From NCBI GenBank assembly GCA_951406725.2, contig OX597819.1, positions 7,998,001 to 8,062,000 of the forward strand: a DNA stretch of 64,000 bases, read 5' to 3'. How positions within the stretch are numbered: position 1 is the first letter of the stretch; each line of letters begins with the position of its first letter. Of this stretch, positions 38,680 through 51,599 are shown piece after piece. The DNA is from Octopus vulgaris. Lineage: Eukaryota. Under the pieces are notes generated by a model. That model was not told the DNA's origin. It searched no databases and worked only from the letters and a program-made list of their open reading frames with translations. The translations under genes and the position numbers were made by a program.

Positions 38680-40560
38680 ATGAAAATGAACAAGATGCCC
38701 TCATCAAGAAAATGTTGCGTTAATTCTACAAATGGCATATTTTGGGGTCAAGCTGGGAGACCAAGATAAATATCGGGCTCCCTATATTATCTGCAAACAA
38801 TGTACAGGACATTTGCGACAATGGACTAAAGGTTCAAGGAAAAGTATGTGGTTTGCTATGTGAAAGCACTCCGTCGGTTACGACGACGAGGGTTCCGGTT
38901 GATCAATCAACGGAACAGCCTGCTCGTGAAATTAACGTGTAAGTGGCTGAGCACTCCACAGACACGTGTACCCTTAACGTAGTTCTCGGGGATATTCAGC
39001 GTGACACAGAGAGTGACAAGGCCGGCCCTTTGAAATACAGGTACAACAGAAACAGGAAGTAAGAGTGAGAGAAAGTTGTAGTGAAAGAGTACAGCAGGGA
39101 TCACCACCATCCCTGCCGGAGCCTCGTGGAACTTTAGGTGTTTTCACTCAATAAACACTCACAACGCCCGGTCTGGGAATCGAAACCGCGATCCTACGAC
39201 CGCGAGTCCGCTGCCCTAACCACTGGGCCATTGCGCCTCCACGTGGTTTGCTATACCAGTGGTATGACGGGAGTCCTATAATCACGTTGACGACTGCTAT
39301 TTTTCTAACCTAAATTCGAAGAGTGTTAACGGAAAAATCGACAAACGCTTGTCAATCCTAATCTTGCCTCTGCTAAAAGACAGTGAAGAGCTTTCTGTTC
39401 CTGTCTTCAATGTCTTGCCTCAGATAACTTTACCCTCAACCAAAGAAGATTCATCACCTGAAGATGACACTAGAGATCAAGACTTTTCAGCTAAGACTTT
39501 ACCTCAGCTATTCTTCCAGGTAGAACTAAATGATCTAGTTCGTGACTTGAACCTCCTAAAAAATTCTGTAGAACTGTTGGCTTCCCGACTGAAAGAAAAG
39601 AATCTTCTAGAGAATGGTGTCCATATAACCTTTTATCGGAGTCGGCATGAAGAGTTCCTTTCTTTCTTCACAAAAGAGGAAGAGCTGGTTTACTGCAGAG
39701 ATGTCAGTGGGTTTCTTAATAAACTTGGCATTGAGGAATACAAACCAGGGGAATGGCGCCTTTTTATAGACAGCAGTAAACGTAGTTTAAAATGTGTATT
39801 GTTGCATGTGTATGGCTCTACAACTCTGAAGGAAAAATATGAAGAAATTAAGTTGGTTTTAGAAAAGATACTGTACCATGATCATAAATGGGTCATCTGC
39901 GTTGACTTAAAAATGGTGAATTTCCTCATGGGACAGCAATCTGCTTATACCAAATACCCATGCTTTCTTTGCGTGTAAGACACTTGAGACCAAATAAACC
40001 ATTATGGCTCCATGTAGAACTGCCAATATATTGGAAGAACCTTTAAGTTGAGCGAGATAAGCTCATTTTCCCCACTTTGCACATCAAACTCGGATTAATC
40101 AAGCAATTCGTCAAAGCTCTTGACAAAAATGGGGAGTGCTTCAAGTATATCTGCGGTGTATTTCCAGACCTGACGATTGAAAAACTTAAAGCAGGGAATT
40201 TTGATGGACCACAGATCCGTAAACTCATGAAGGACACAAATCTTGTGAAAGCGATGAGCAAAATAGAGCATCAGCTTGGCTTGCCTTTGGAAACCCAAAA
40301 CTGGAAACTATAAAGACCTTGTTACCAACTTAATATCAACTTTTCGTGATATTGGCGCGAATATGAACATCAAAATGCATCTTTTTAGTCATCTTGATTG
40401 TTTTCCTGAAAATCTCGAAGATGTAAGCGATGAACAAGGCGAACGATTCCGTCAGGACATCAAAGAGATGGAAACTCAATACCAACGATTTTGGGATGCT
40501 GTGATGATGGCAAACTATTGCTGGTGTTTAAAACGAGATACTTCTGTCACAGTGCGCAAA
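38680..40560 (+). mobile_element. Chapaev3-like (CMC group) DNA transposase pseudogene
   Basis: YFGVKLGDQDK...ICKQC and NHVDDCYF zinc-binding region; WRLFIDSSKRSLKCVLLH, CVDLKMV, YTKYPCFLC, LHIKLGLIKQFVKAL, VSDEQGERF, MMANYCW; stops and frameshifts; family name from memory of motifs. Confidence 0.75.
38860..39242 (-). mobile_element. SINE family A inserted in the transposase
   Basis: TSD gtggtttgctat at 38848-38859 and 39243-39254. Confidence 0.93.
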
Positions 40561-40677
40561 GGATTCATTGAAATATTTCCAGACACCAGACAGAAAAAAG
40601 ATTTTTGCTGTCCAGTCTAATAACAACAACAAAAACAACAACAACAACAACAACAACTATAATAATGATGATGATGA

Positions 40678-41222
40678 TAGAAATCAGGAGAGGCATCTTC
40701 CAAAAGGACTGCCTGTCCCCATTAATCTTTGTACTGTATATGATGCCACTAACACTGATTCTGAAGAAAGCAAAGGCTGGGTATCTATTCAAAAGCCGCC
40801 AACAAAAAGTGAATCGCTTGTTATTCATGGATGAGCTCAAACTTTGTAGTAAAGTACTGATATCAGAGTGGAGTTCGAACTGAAAAAGTGTGGTGTGTTA
40901 GTCTTGAAGAGAGGCAAAATCAAATGTATGGAGGGGCTAGCGATACCGTCGGTGGGACGGGGGGGGGTTATGAAGTAGATATGGGGATATTGGGGATATT
41001 GGAAATGAATAAATCGACGGAGAAAGAAATGACAGAAAAAATTAAGATGGAATACCTGGGCAAACTGAGGCTGATCCGTATGTCGAAATTAAATGTACGG
41101 AATAAGATTGAAGTTATCAACACATGGGCGGTTACACTACTTAGATATGGAGCAGAGGTAATCGGATGGACAGTAGACGAACTAAACAACTTAGACAGAA
41201 ATACAAAGCAAGTTGCTGACTA
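40678..41222 (+). pseudogene. Dong/R4-clade RT fragment
   Basis: IRRGIFQKDCLSPLIFVL, LLFMDELKL, NKIEVINTWAVTLLRY; begins after an (AAC)(AAT)(GAT) repeat. Confidence 0.8.
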
Positions 41223-41229
41223 GATATGG

Positions 41230-42255
41230 ATACTCCATATAGTCCAGAGTGATCAATTTCTTCCCATTTATCTTTGTAAATAACCTGAACTTCTACATTT
41301 GTCCATTTACGAATTATTTCAGGACGATTCTGGTTCATAAACATAGTAAAACGGTTTTCAATGCTATCTCATGACCTTTCGGCAAAATGGGATGGTCCAC
41401 ATTCTTGATGCACATTATTGCAAGATGAAGTTCTTACTGCTGCTTGAGTAAGAGGATTAGAATGCCAAACTTCTTGTCTGTCTCTAGAAACATACTGCTC
41501 ATTCATAATTGGGTGGCTTACAGATAATTGTTTTTGAGTGTCTTCATCATCTGATGACACAGAACCTAAACTGTCCAGCACACAAATATTTTCACCATCA
41601 TCTTCAGAGAAATAGAAGGAATCATTATTATCTTCTTCCCATTCTTCATCTAATTCCAATAGCCTTTTCGATATTTAGTCTTCACTCAAGTTTCCACGTC
41701 TAGGCATATTGGAAAGCACAACTGAACTATATGAAACTTGATAGCAGACTAAAGGCAGATATTGCTCTCTCACATATTTTTACACTCCCGAAAGATGATG
41801 CAATATATTGTAAGAATTGTGTCATCACATAGAAATATTGCATCACGCTATGACCTAAGAGATTGGTGATGATGCAACACCACACACATTTACAGGAGTA
41901 TTTTCATAATTTTTACTATTTTATCTATAATTCAGCAAATAAATTGAATATGATTTTATCCATTTTATATCTGATAAATGTATAGGAAAATAATATTTGA
42001 TACTGCTTTTACTCTGTTTAGAATGACAAGAGTATTGTCTGAATTTAATTCGGGGGTCCAATGGACCCATGCGTAATTAATGTATAAAGTGAAATTTCTT
42101 TGATGTTATAAACATACGGAAAATTTGACAAAAAGAGAGTCAAGAAAAAATAGGAGTCACAAGAAATCAGCAGAATCAAAAAATATAAACAATAGGAAAA
42201 AGCAACTGAAAAACTGAAATGGGTCCATTGGACCCATTGGTAGACAGAAGGTTAA
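41230..42255 (-). mobile_element. piggyBac-like element, 5' part
   Basis: TTAA at 42252-42255 next to terminus (minus strand ccttctgtctacc); subterminal palindromes gggtccaatggaccc at ~42054 and gggtccattggaccc at 42221; acidic N-terminus then WHSNP, GPSHFA, IIRKWTN. Confidence 0.7.
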
Positions 42256-42807
42256 AGGCTGATGAACGAAACACTAATGTTACCAGGGGTGAATTATTCA
42301 AATCCTAAAGAATTCCTCTCTACACATGGCTATGATACTCCCTGCTGCTTCTACTTGTGATCAGAGATGCACATATCTGCAGCCATTAAAGGATATGCTC
42401 AACTGGTAAAAGTCAAACAACTGACAAGCAAATCTGCGGTACTGAGCAGAATATTTGGTGTAGCCCATCTTTTATACCAAGACAAAACAGATGCATGATA
42501 ACACTTCCAATCTGTTAAGATCAAAAGCCATTAATATTATTATTACTATTATTTTTATTGAGTGAGAGAGCAGTGCGTGTCATCAAAGTGATGCTGGATA
42601 AAATATACGAAGCCCAGCGTACACATCATGACTACCCGTCTGATAAGGGTACACTAGGTACATGCATCACAACCAAATGTGCGCGACATGGTGATCTCAT
42701 ATCAAGATAAACAGCACATGACCTTGCAGGTGGGGCCCAGTTAGATTTTTCTTCTGGTCGAGTAGCCCATCCCGCTCAAAAGCTCCCTAAATATGGGTTG
42801 TTTAAGG

Positions 42808-42838
<31 letters not shown>

Positions 42839-42849
42839 TTATAATTTTT

Positions 42850-43222
42850 TGTTTTTTCTTCTTTCAAATTTGCTTCTATTTCTTGCCAAGTGTCTTCCCG
42901 ACTCCTAGGGCAAAGAAACTCATAGCATACATTGGTAGGCCATTAAACCAAACTCAGTAGTTCGTTCATTTGTTTTTTTTTTGTTTTTTTTTTTTTTAAG
43001 TTAAATTAAAATAACATGAGCAGCAACAGTTCTCACATCGACAATGCTCTTCTCAATACGTGTGATGTACCAGTTAAGACAATCTTTTGCACTTCTTGCA
43101 GGGATGGTAAGCCAGGGATCATTCTCATATAATTTTCGGTTCCCTTCTTGATCATTCCTAGTGCTCCTACGATCACTGGTATTGTAACCGCCTTGAGACG
43201 TCACATTTTCCCAATTTCAATG
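42850..43222 (-). mobile_element. Dong/R4 3' end, second family
   Basis: Minus strand TIPVIVGALGMIKKG...LQEVQKIVLTGTSHVLRRALS; (TTA)n on both sides. Confidence 0.8.
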
Positions 43223-43245
43223 AGTAGGTATTTATTATTATTATT

Positions 43246-44809
43246 CAGTAGTTTTATTTTTATTTTTATAGCGTGCTTTCACTTCACTACCGAGCGCAGC
43301 TCTGTGTGCCTTGGGTATGTGCTGTGATTTGTTGTGATGCTCTGATGGTTATTGTATGGAAAGTGTTCTGCGTAGGATGTGGGCAGTGCCTAGTAGTGCA
43401 ATTTTCTGTATGTTATATGTGTTTGTAAGTCCTGGTGTTTTTGTTATGTATTTGTCTGAATATTTTTTTATCATGCCTAATGCACCTACTATGATAGGAA
43501 TTGTTTCTGTTTTCAGATTCCACATTCTAGTTACCTCTATTTCCAGGTCTTTGTATTTTGAGAGTTTCTCCATTTCTTTTAGAGACACGTTGTCATCTGC
43601 CGGTATTGATACATCAATTAAAAAGCATTTTTTTCTTCATGATCTCTGACAACTATATCTGGTCTGTTGGCCTTAATTTCTCTATCTGTGTGTATCGGCA
43701 TATCCCAGAGTATGGTTGCTTTCTCGTTTTCTGTGACCTTTTCTGGTGTGTGCCTATACCATCTTTTTTCTGTTGTTATTCCATAATGTTGGCATAGCTT
43801 CCAATGTATGTAGGTTCCAACTCTGTCATGTCTGTGAATATATTCCTTCTTAGCCAGGACTGGGCAGCTAGAGATAATATGATTTATTGTTTCTTGTCCA
43901 TCTCCACATATTCTGCAGTTACTTGTAATATTTCTTTTCATTACATGTTTTTGGTAATTTCTGGTGGGGAGGCTTTGGTCTTGTGCTGCAATTAAAAATC
44001 CCTCTGTTTCTGCTTTGAGTCCTGAGCTTCTCAACCATTGCTGGGATTTTTCTTTGTCTATTTCTTTTGCGTTTAGTTTAGTGCAGTATTTACCATGAAG
44101 GGGCTTTTCTTGCCATCGTTTTATCATGGTTCGTTGCTGTTCTGTTTTTAGTTTGGATTTCATTTGTTTTATAGCTTTTGTTGTTTCTTCATCTTCTTCT
44201 TCTTCTTCATGTTTATTAGGTGGTATGATTTCTTGTTTGTATTTGTCAGCTTCCTTAAATACTGAGAACAGTTTTTTGTTTTGCTCGTGTTTTGCCGCTA
44301 TCTGGATCAGTTTTCCTTCCTTCTGAAGTAGATATTTTTGCAGTCCTATGGTGGTTATTTTATAGTAGTTTTCCAGTTGTATAAGGCCTCTACCACCTTC
44401 CATACGTTGTATATATAGTCTTTCTATGTCAGATTTTGGGTGATGCATCCTAGATCCTGTCATTATTTTTCTTGTTTTCCTATCTATTTTGGTCAGTTCA
44501 TTTCGTGTCCAGTTAAGGATATTGTAGCTGTAACTTATAACTGGGACAGCTAAAGTGTTGATACCTATTATCTTGTTTTTAGCATTGAGCTCTGTGTTTA
44601 GTATTGATCTAACTCGTCTATAATATTCTTTTTTTATTTTCTCTTTCATTTGTGTGTGTTGTGTCTTATCTAGTTCATGGATTCCTAAGTATTTGTAAGT
44701 TTGGCTTTGGTCTAATTCTTTTATTTCATTGGTTTTATCTAGTGTGATGTTGTTACTCTTAACTAGTTTTCCTCTTTTCATGGTTACTTTGGCGCATTTT
44801 TCTAATCCA
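43246..44809 (-). mobile_element. young 5'-truncated Dong/R4 non-LTR retrotransposon (RT end, CCHC, REL endonuclease)
   Basis: ORFs 43618-44781 and 43349-43588: YKYLG, GGRGL, CRICG...HIISSC, RHD, RPDIV, KLSKYKDL; single frameshift in a T run; (TTA)n on both sides. Confidence 0.93.
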
Positions 44810-44813
44810 GAAA

Positions 44814-45150
<337 letters not shown>

Positions 45151-46021
45151 CAGTAGTTTTATTTTTATTTTTATAGCGTGCTTTCACTTCACTACCGAGC
45201 GCAGCTCTGTGTGCCTTGGGTATGTGCTGTGATTTGTTGTGATGCTCTGATGGTTATTGTATGGAAAGTGTTCTGCGTAGGATGTGGGCAGTGCCTAGTA
45301 GTGCAATTTTCTGTATGTTATATGTGTTTGTAAGTCCTGGTGTTTTTGTTATGTATTTGTCTGAATATTTTTTTATCATGCCTAATGCACCTACTATGAT
45401 AGGAATTGTTTCTGTTTTCAGATTCCACATTCTAGTTACCTCTATTTCCAGGTCTTTGTATTTTGAGAGTTTCTCCATTTCTTTTAGAGACACGTTGTCA
45501 TCTGCCGGTATTGATACATCAATTAAAAAGCATTTTTTTTCTTCATGATCTCTGACAACTATATCTGGTCTGTTGGCCTTAATTTCTCTATCTGTGTGTA
45601 TCGGCATATCCCAGAGTATGGTTGCTTTCTCGTTTTCTGTGACCTTTTCTGGTGTGTGCCTATACCATCTTTTTTCTGTTGTTATTCCATAATGTTGGCA
45701 TAGCTTCCAATGTATGTAGGTTCCAACTCTGTCATGTCTGTGAATATATTCCTTCTTAGCCAGGACTGGGCAGCTAGAGATAATATGATTTATTGTTTCT
45801 TGTCCATCTCCACATATTCTGCAGTTACTTGTAATATTTCTTTTCATTACATGTTTTTGGTAATTTCTGGTGGGGAGGCTTTGGTCTTGTGCTGCAATTA
45901 AAAATCCCTCTGTTTCTGCTTTGAGTCCTGAGCTTCTCAACCATTGCTGGGATTTTTCTTTGTCTATTTCTTTTGCGTTTAGTTTAGTGCAGTATTTACC
46001 ATGAAGGGGCTTTTCTTGCCA

Positions 46022-46023
<2 letters not shown>
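45151..46023 (-). mobile_element. second, shorter copy of the same Dong/R4 element
   Basis: Essentially identical to 43246-44117; intact frame to stop at 45254; (TTA)n on both sides. Confidence 0.93.
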
Positions 46024-46074
<51 letters not shown>

Positions 46075-46600
46075 GTATGTTTTACTTTTGCTTTGCATTT
46101 GTGCAAGTTGGCTCCAACTCTCACCCAGAGACGTCAAGAGACAAGTTAGAAGTTCAAGTTGGTGTTATGCACAGAGTATGGTTGTAGAGAATATTGAAGA
46201 AATTATGAATTTGTTTTAAAATTTGAGATTACATAGTATATTACGCAGGATATGAGCAGTTCCCATGAGCACTATCTTTTGAATTTCTGCCATTTTGTGA
46301 TTTCCTGATACCTGACCTGGGTAGCAATCAGCCTCATTTGCTATCATTCCTAGGGCTTCTGACACAACAGGTATTGTTTTAGTCTTAAGGTTCCACATTT
46401 TGCCAATTTCTATTTCAAGATCTTTATACTTGCTCAGTTTTTGGTAGGTCTTGACAGATACATTTATATCGATTGGGTATAGTTGTATAGATGAGGAGGC
46501 ATGATTATTGTCTGAAGACTTTCAGTATAATGTCTGGCCTATTCGCATCTATCTTTCTGTCAGTTTGAATGGTAAAGTTTCAGAGGAGTGAGACGGGATC
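46075..46600 (-). mobile_element. Dong/R4 3' end, third older family
   Basis: IDANRPDII and DLEIEIGKMWNLKTKTIPVV...IQKIVLMGTAHILR; (TTA)n at its 3' side. Confidence 0.8.
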
Positions 46601-46619
46601 ATTTTTCGTCAACACTGAG

Positions 46620-47790
46620 AGCTTCCTCGAGCGCGTCATCGCACTTCCTTGCCACCCATTTCCTACAGAACGCTAGTAGTGAGTGCTTAACGTCATTTGT
46701 TCTGGCTAGTCTTTGAAAATGAATTCCTTGCAAGGTGAGTTCTCGTGGCCAGAAACATCTGTGGTAGGTTAAAGAGGTACATTAAAGAGGTACTTTCACC
46801 AACTGCAATGTGCAGCTATTAGAGGATGTGAGCACTTGACGACGTTCTAGATGACAAGTAATCTGTCTCAGTCTTTACTTGATCAAGACTTCGAAGAGAT
46901 GAGGTAGGGAAAAACGGTGATCTAACCTTTTCAGACGCGTCACATCAAGCAAAAACTGGAGATATCGCTGGCTCAGTGCATGCCTATCTATCATGCGTCA
47001 TCAACCACACAGCATACCCACTTCTCCATGCAGCAGGTGTTGATAGCAAATGGAAGAATTGACCAATGAAATACGTCCCTTCCACAGAATGCCGAAGAGC
47101 AGACGCTGCGGTCCGTTCAGGCATAAATTGAGGGAAGGTGCGACTGTCAAGTGGTGGTAGATGACGGAGGTGAAGTTGGCATTCACGACCACTTGACCTC
47201 TCAGAGATACATTTTTTTCGATATATTTTTGGGTGAGTTTGGCCACTGTGCTCATCATTTCATCCCAGTTCATCGTCATTCGGGGATCTGGATCTAATCT
47301 GATTTTGAACAATTTAATCAATTCATCCTTTTAACGCCTACAAAACTGTTGGGCAGTATGGATCTTCCTTTTTAGATGCCCAGCTGCAAGTCCACTTAAA
47401 TTTTCTGCGTCCTACTTTCGTTTGCAGGGGTATTAAAGACCTCGATATGATTATTGTTCGACACTATCTCGGTGAAGCCACCCACATATCCTGAGATAGA
47501 TCTTACACATTCTTCTTCGTGCAGAATGTTCCTCCATGCCTTCAGTTTCCACAATAGAGTCTTAAAAGTCAGTACATACTGAAAATATGAGTGAGAATAT
47601 CTATGACGGACCAAGTGCAAGATACTGCATGATTCTGATAGGTAGCTCTTCATCCTAACACCGAGCAGATGCGGCAGTCCAGTATCTGAAGACGAGAGCT
47701 AAACCAGCTATTATGAGAAAAGCTGCCAAGTATTGATAGTCGACCCTTTCGATTGATTTAAGTTGTTCGGGGCTCCCCTTGCCGAATTCC
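46620..47790 (-). pseudogene. degenerate Tx1/L1-like RT remnant
   Basis: NWDEMM...VSLRGQVVVNAN...LLFGILWKGR...GEVGM resembles the L1/Tx1 post-RT region; NLNQSK resembles LDQSKAFD. Confidence 0.65.
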
Positions 47791-48380
47791 TTACTCCCCC
47801 TGTTCCCTGTTTACGATGTATCACATCAAGTGGAGGTTGTGATGGATAAATCTGTTCTGGATGTTCATGTTTACACCAATCATCGATAAGTTGTAATAAT
47901 TTACGGTTGAAGGGAAGGCAATGAAGTGTAAGAGAGACATAGCAGACATAAATTATCGATGTGTTCCTCCTTGTTCTGGTCCTTTCTCGCAGTGCTACAT
48001 CTTCGTGGCCCACAGAAATGAAGAATGCTGCAGGTAACGATAGCTATTTGCCAATAAGTCGCCGAACAAGTCTGCCATGTACACATGAAGCTCGTAGATT
48101 AGACGATCCAAAGTAGCGATTTGCACATCGTAGAGTTCACTGTATTTTCGTGGATGTAATTAGCTTTTCGCAACACTCTGCCTCCTTTGTTGAGATTCGC
48201 ACCTGGCCGTAGAGGTGGGCTTAGAGTTCAGTATGCGACCCTACTCATCATGCATCCCAAATAGTTAAGCAGTGGGCTTTTGAAAAGTTGCAAACGACTA
48301 CATAGAATCGAGTAGCACGTACTCCTGATCTTCTGCCGAACACCGAATTATGGCTTCGTTGTAACGCTATGCATTTGATA

Positions 48381-48766
48381 GTGGAGGCGCAATGGCCCAG
48401 TGGTTAGGGCAGCGGACTCGCGGTCATAGGATCGCGGTTTCGATTCCTAGACCGGGCGTTGTGAGTGTTTATTGAGCGAAAACACCTAAAAGCTCCACGA
48501 GGCTCCGGCAGGGATGGTGGTGAACCCTGCTGTACTCTTTCACCACAAACTTTCTCTCACTCTTACTTCCTGTTTCTGTTGTACCTGTATTTCAAGAGGC
48601 CGGCCTTGTCACTCTCTGTGTCACGCTGAATATCCCCGAGAACTACGTTAAGGGTGCACGTGTCTGTGGAGTACTCAGCCACTTACACGTTAATTTCACG
48701 AGCAGGCTGTTCCGTTGATTCGGATCAACCGGAACCCTCGTCGTCGTAACCGACGGAGTGCTTCCC
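48381..48766 (+). mobile_element. SINE family A, full length
   Basis: TSD atgcatttgata at 48369-48380 and 48767-48778. Confidence 0.93.
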
Positions 48767-49134
48767 ATGCATTTGATACTTGATCTCATAAAAAATCTTT
48801 CGGTTTTTAATGTTTTAGATCATACACTCTTAGAGATGACGAAGCAGGCTTTATGCTTCACGTTGAAAAACTGATCGAGAGCCATTGTCACTGCAAGTAC
48901 ACCAATCACAGTACCTTTCCTAAACGCCTCTTCTAAGTTTCTAAATAGGTCTCATCTAATCTGGTATTCTCCATTACATGTCCCTTACTGTTACTTCTGT
49001 TCTACCTTTTCTTTCAGGGTGAGCAATTTTTTTGTTGTTCACGATTACCCTGACGAAGCCCTCTTAACTAATTTTCTAATCTGAACTCTGTAAGCATGGT
49101 CTCTGTTTCTGAAGTTTATCTAGGTCGACTGTGC

Positions 49135-49601
49135 GGAGGCGCAATGGCCCAGTGGTTAGGGCAGCGGACTCGCGGTCATAGGATCGCGGTTTCGATTCCC
49201 AGACCGGGCGGTGTGAGTGTTTATTGAGCGAAAACACCTAAAGCTCCACGAGGCTCCGGCAGGGGATGGTGGTGATCCCTGCTGTACTCTTTCACCACAA
49301 CTTTCTCTCATTCTTACTTCCTGTTTCTGTTGTACCTGTATTTCAAAGGGCCGGCCTTGTCACTCTCTGTGTCATGCTGAATATCCCCGAGAACTACGTT
49401 AAGGGTACACGTGTCTGTGGAGTGCTCAGCCACTTACACGTTAATTTCACGAGCAGGCTGTTCCGTTGATTCGGATCAACCGGAACCCTCGTCGTCGTAA
49501 CCGACGGAGTGCTTCCTTCCTCTAACGCCCGGTCTGGGAATCGAAACCGCGATCCTATGACCGCGAGTCCGCTGTCCTAACCACTGGGCCATTGCGCCTC
49601 C
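49135..49601 (+). mobile_element. SINE family A followed by an inverted copy of the family A tRNA head
   Basis: Full copy 49135-49516; 49524-49601 is the reverse complement of the first ~78 bp. Confidence 0.9.
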
Positions 49602-50117
49602 AAAGGTCAAGAAAATGGTAAGTGAGAAAGACTACTTACCTTATTTTGGGGGTAAGGATATGTTATCGGTTCTTCTGCTTAAGTGTGGTTGTTTCTATCA
49701 GAAGGATTTTGTAAGTTTTTGTTTATGGTCCTTCTGAAATCTTCCGCTGCTTGGCGAGCTTTGGTCTTATTTTCTTTTAGGTGATTTGTGTTGTTTTTAA
49801 GATTTATATTTGTTGATATGTCATTTGTTGGCGCCCTGGAACTATTGTGCGTAAAGTTTGAGCGTTCACTAATACGGTTCGTTAATTTGTTTACATTGAT
49901 TGTCTCTGTGTCTATGGCAGTGTAATTTATGACTTTCTTTGCGAGTTCATTTTGTTGGTTTCGGAGTCGACTGGGTTGCGCTTTTGTTTGTTGTGGTATT
50001 TGCTGAGTCAACGTTGCTTGTGGCAGTATTATGGGTGGTGGCAGTGGTGGAGTTGTTGGTATAATACTCCAATCAAGTCAGATACCTTTAAATCTCCCAG
50101 CATTTTCTAGAGTAGAC

Positions 50118-50521
50118 TTTCTCTTTTTCTCTCTTTTACTTGTTTCAGTCATTTGAGTGCGGCCATGCTGGAGCACCGCCTTTAGTCGAGCGAATCGACC
50201 CCGAGACTTATTCTTTGTAAGCCCAGTACTTATTCTATCGGTCTCTTTTTGCCGAACCGCTAAGTGACGGGGACGTAAACACACCAGCATCGGTTGTCAA
50301 GCAATGCTAGGGGGACAAACACAGACACACAAACACACACACATATATATACATATATACGACAGGCTTCTTTCAGTTTCCGTCTACCAAATCCACTCAC
50401 AAGGCATTGGTCGGCCCGGGGCTATAGCAGAAGACACTTGGCCAAGATGCTACGCAGTGGGACTGAACCCGGAACCATGTGGTTGGTTAGCAAGCTACTT
50501 ACCACACAGCCACTCCTGCGA
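50118..50521 (-). mobile_element. SINE family B, full length
   Basis: Matches consensus. Confidence 0.92.
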
Positions 50522-51599
50522 CTTGTTTATATTTGTTTTCTAATTCTCTCCCTTCTTACGTGGACCTTCTCCCATTTCCCCCCTTTATCGCTCTCATTGT
50601 ATGACATATCTAAGTGATCTCAAGGGGAAGCGGTGTGTCTTATGGGGGGTTGTACTGTGGTTGGGGGATTCTGATTCTGTTGCTGCTGTTTCTGTTGCTA
50701 CTTCTGCTGTTGCTGCTGATGCTGCTGATGCTGCCGCTCTAGCTTCAGCGGCTTTTTCTATTTATTTTAGTGTTGTAGTTTTTGCTGGTATGATTACAAG
50801 TTGTTACTAACACTGCTGCTTTTGTTGTTGCAGCTGTGATAATTACGTCAGCAGCATTCATCAGGTCTTCCTTTTCACCGCCTTTGTTGCGGAGAGGAAA
50901 CTCTAAGATGCTTTGTGTCGCCAAATAAGTGAAACCTTGGCTCTTGCCTTTCTGCCCTCAACCATTACGAACAGTTGCAAGTAACACCTGACAAAATGAT
51001 TAGGTATGGAGGGGTCGGGGTGATACAAGAAAGGGACAACAAAAGATCCAGATAGATGATACAAAGAAATATAAAGACGGGTCATTCGGAGATTTTCTTT
51101 CCTAAGTCGAGTTCCAGATTATCTTTGCAATTTCGGCTGGTTATACTCGAGATTGCTCAAATCTGGCCAGCCCCAAGGAAATACTAAGCTAAGAGCATTA
51201 GATTCCTTGGAAGAAAGCAGCGAATGTATACAAAGACAAGGAGGGAAAAAATAACGGAGAATATTACACAAATACAAATAACAGGACATAACAACAGGTG
51301 CTTTTCGACTAAGGACGAATTAAATTAAGCTGGCGTGTGTGGAAGTAAAGCCAGGGATACAGGATTTCACAGGCACAGGAAAGAATATAGATGTTGCACG
51401 GAGAGCGGCCGAACCAAGAAAGAAAGGTCAGGCTTGGCTGAATACCGGTCACGTGGGGAGAGAACGGAGAGGGGTAGATTCAGAGGGACAGAAGAAATAA
51501 GGGGGATAGGGACACAGGGAAGTGTAAAGAGGAGGGAAAGTGAGCATGAAGGGAAGGCAATGAAGTGTAAGGGTGGGGGAACGAAAGAACGAAGAGTGG

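Noticed and set aside
49679-50011. 110-aa Asn/Thr/Gln-rich ORF
   Set aside because: No motif recognised; possibly a retroelement ORF1 remnant but unsupported.
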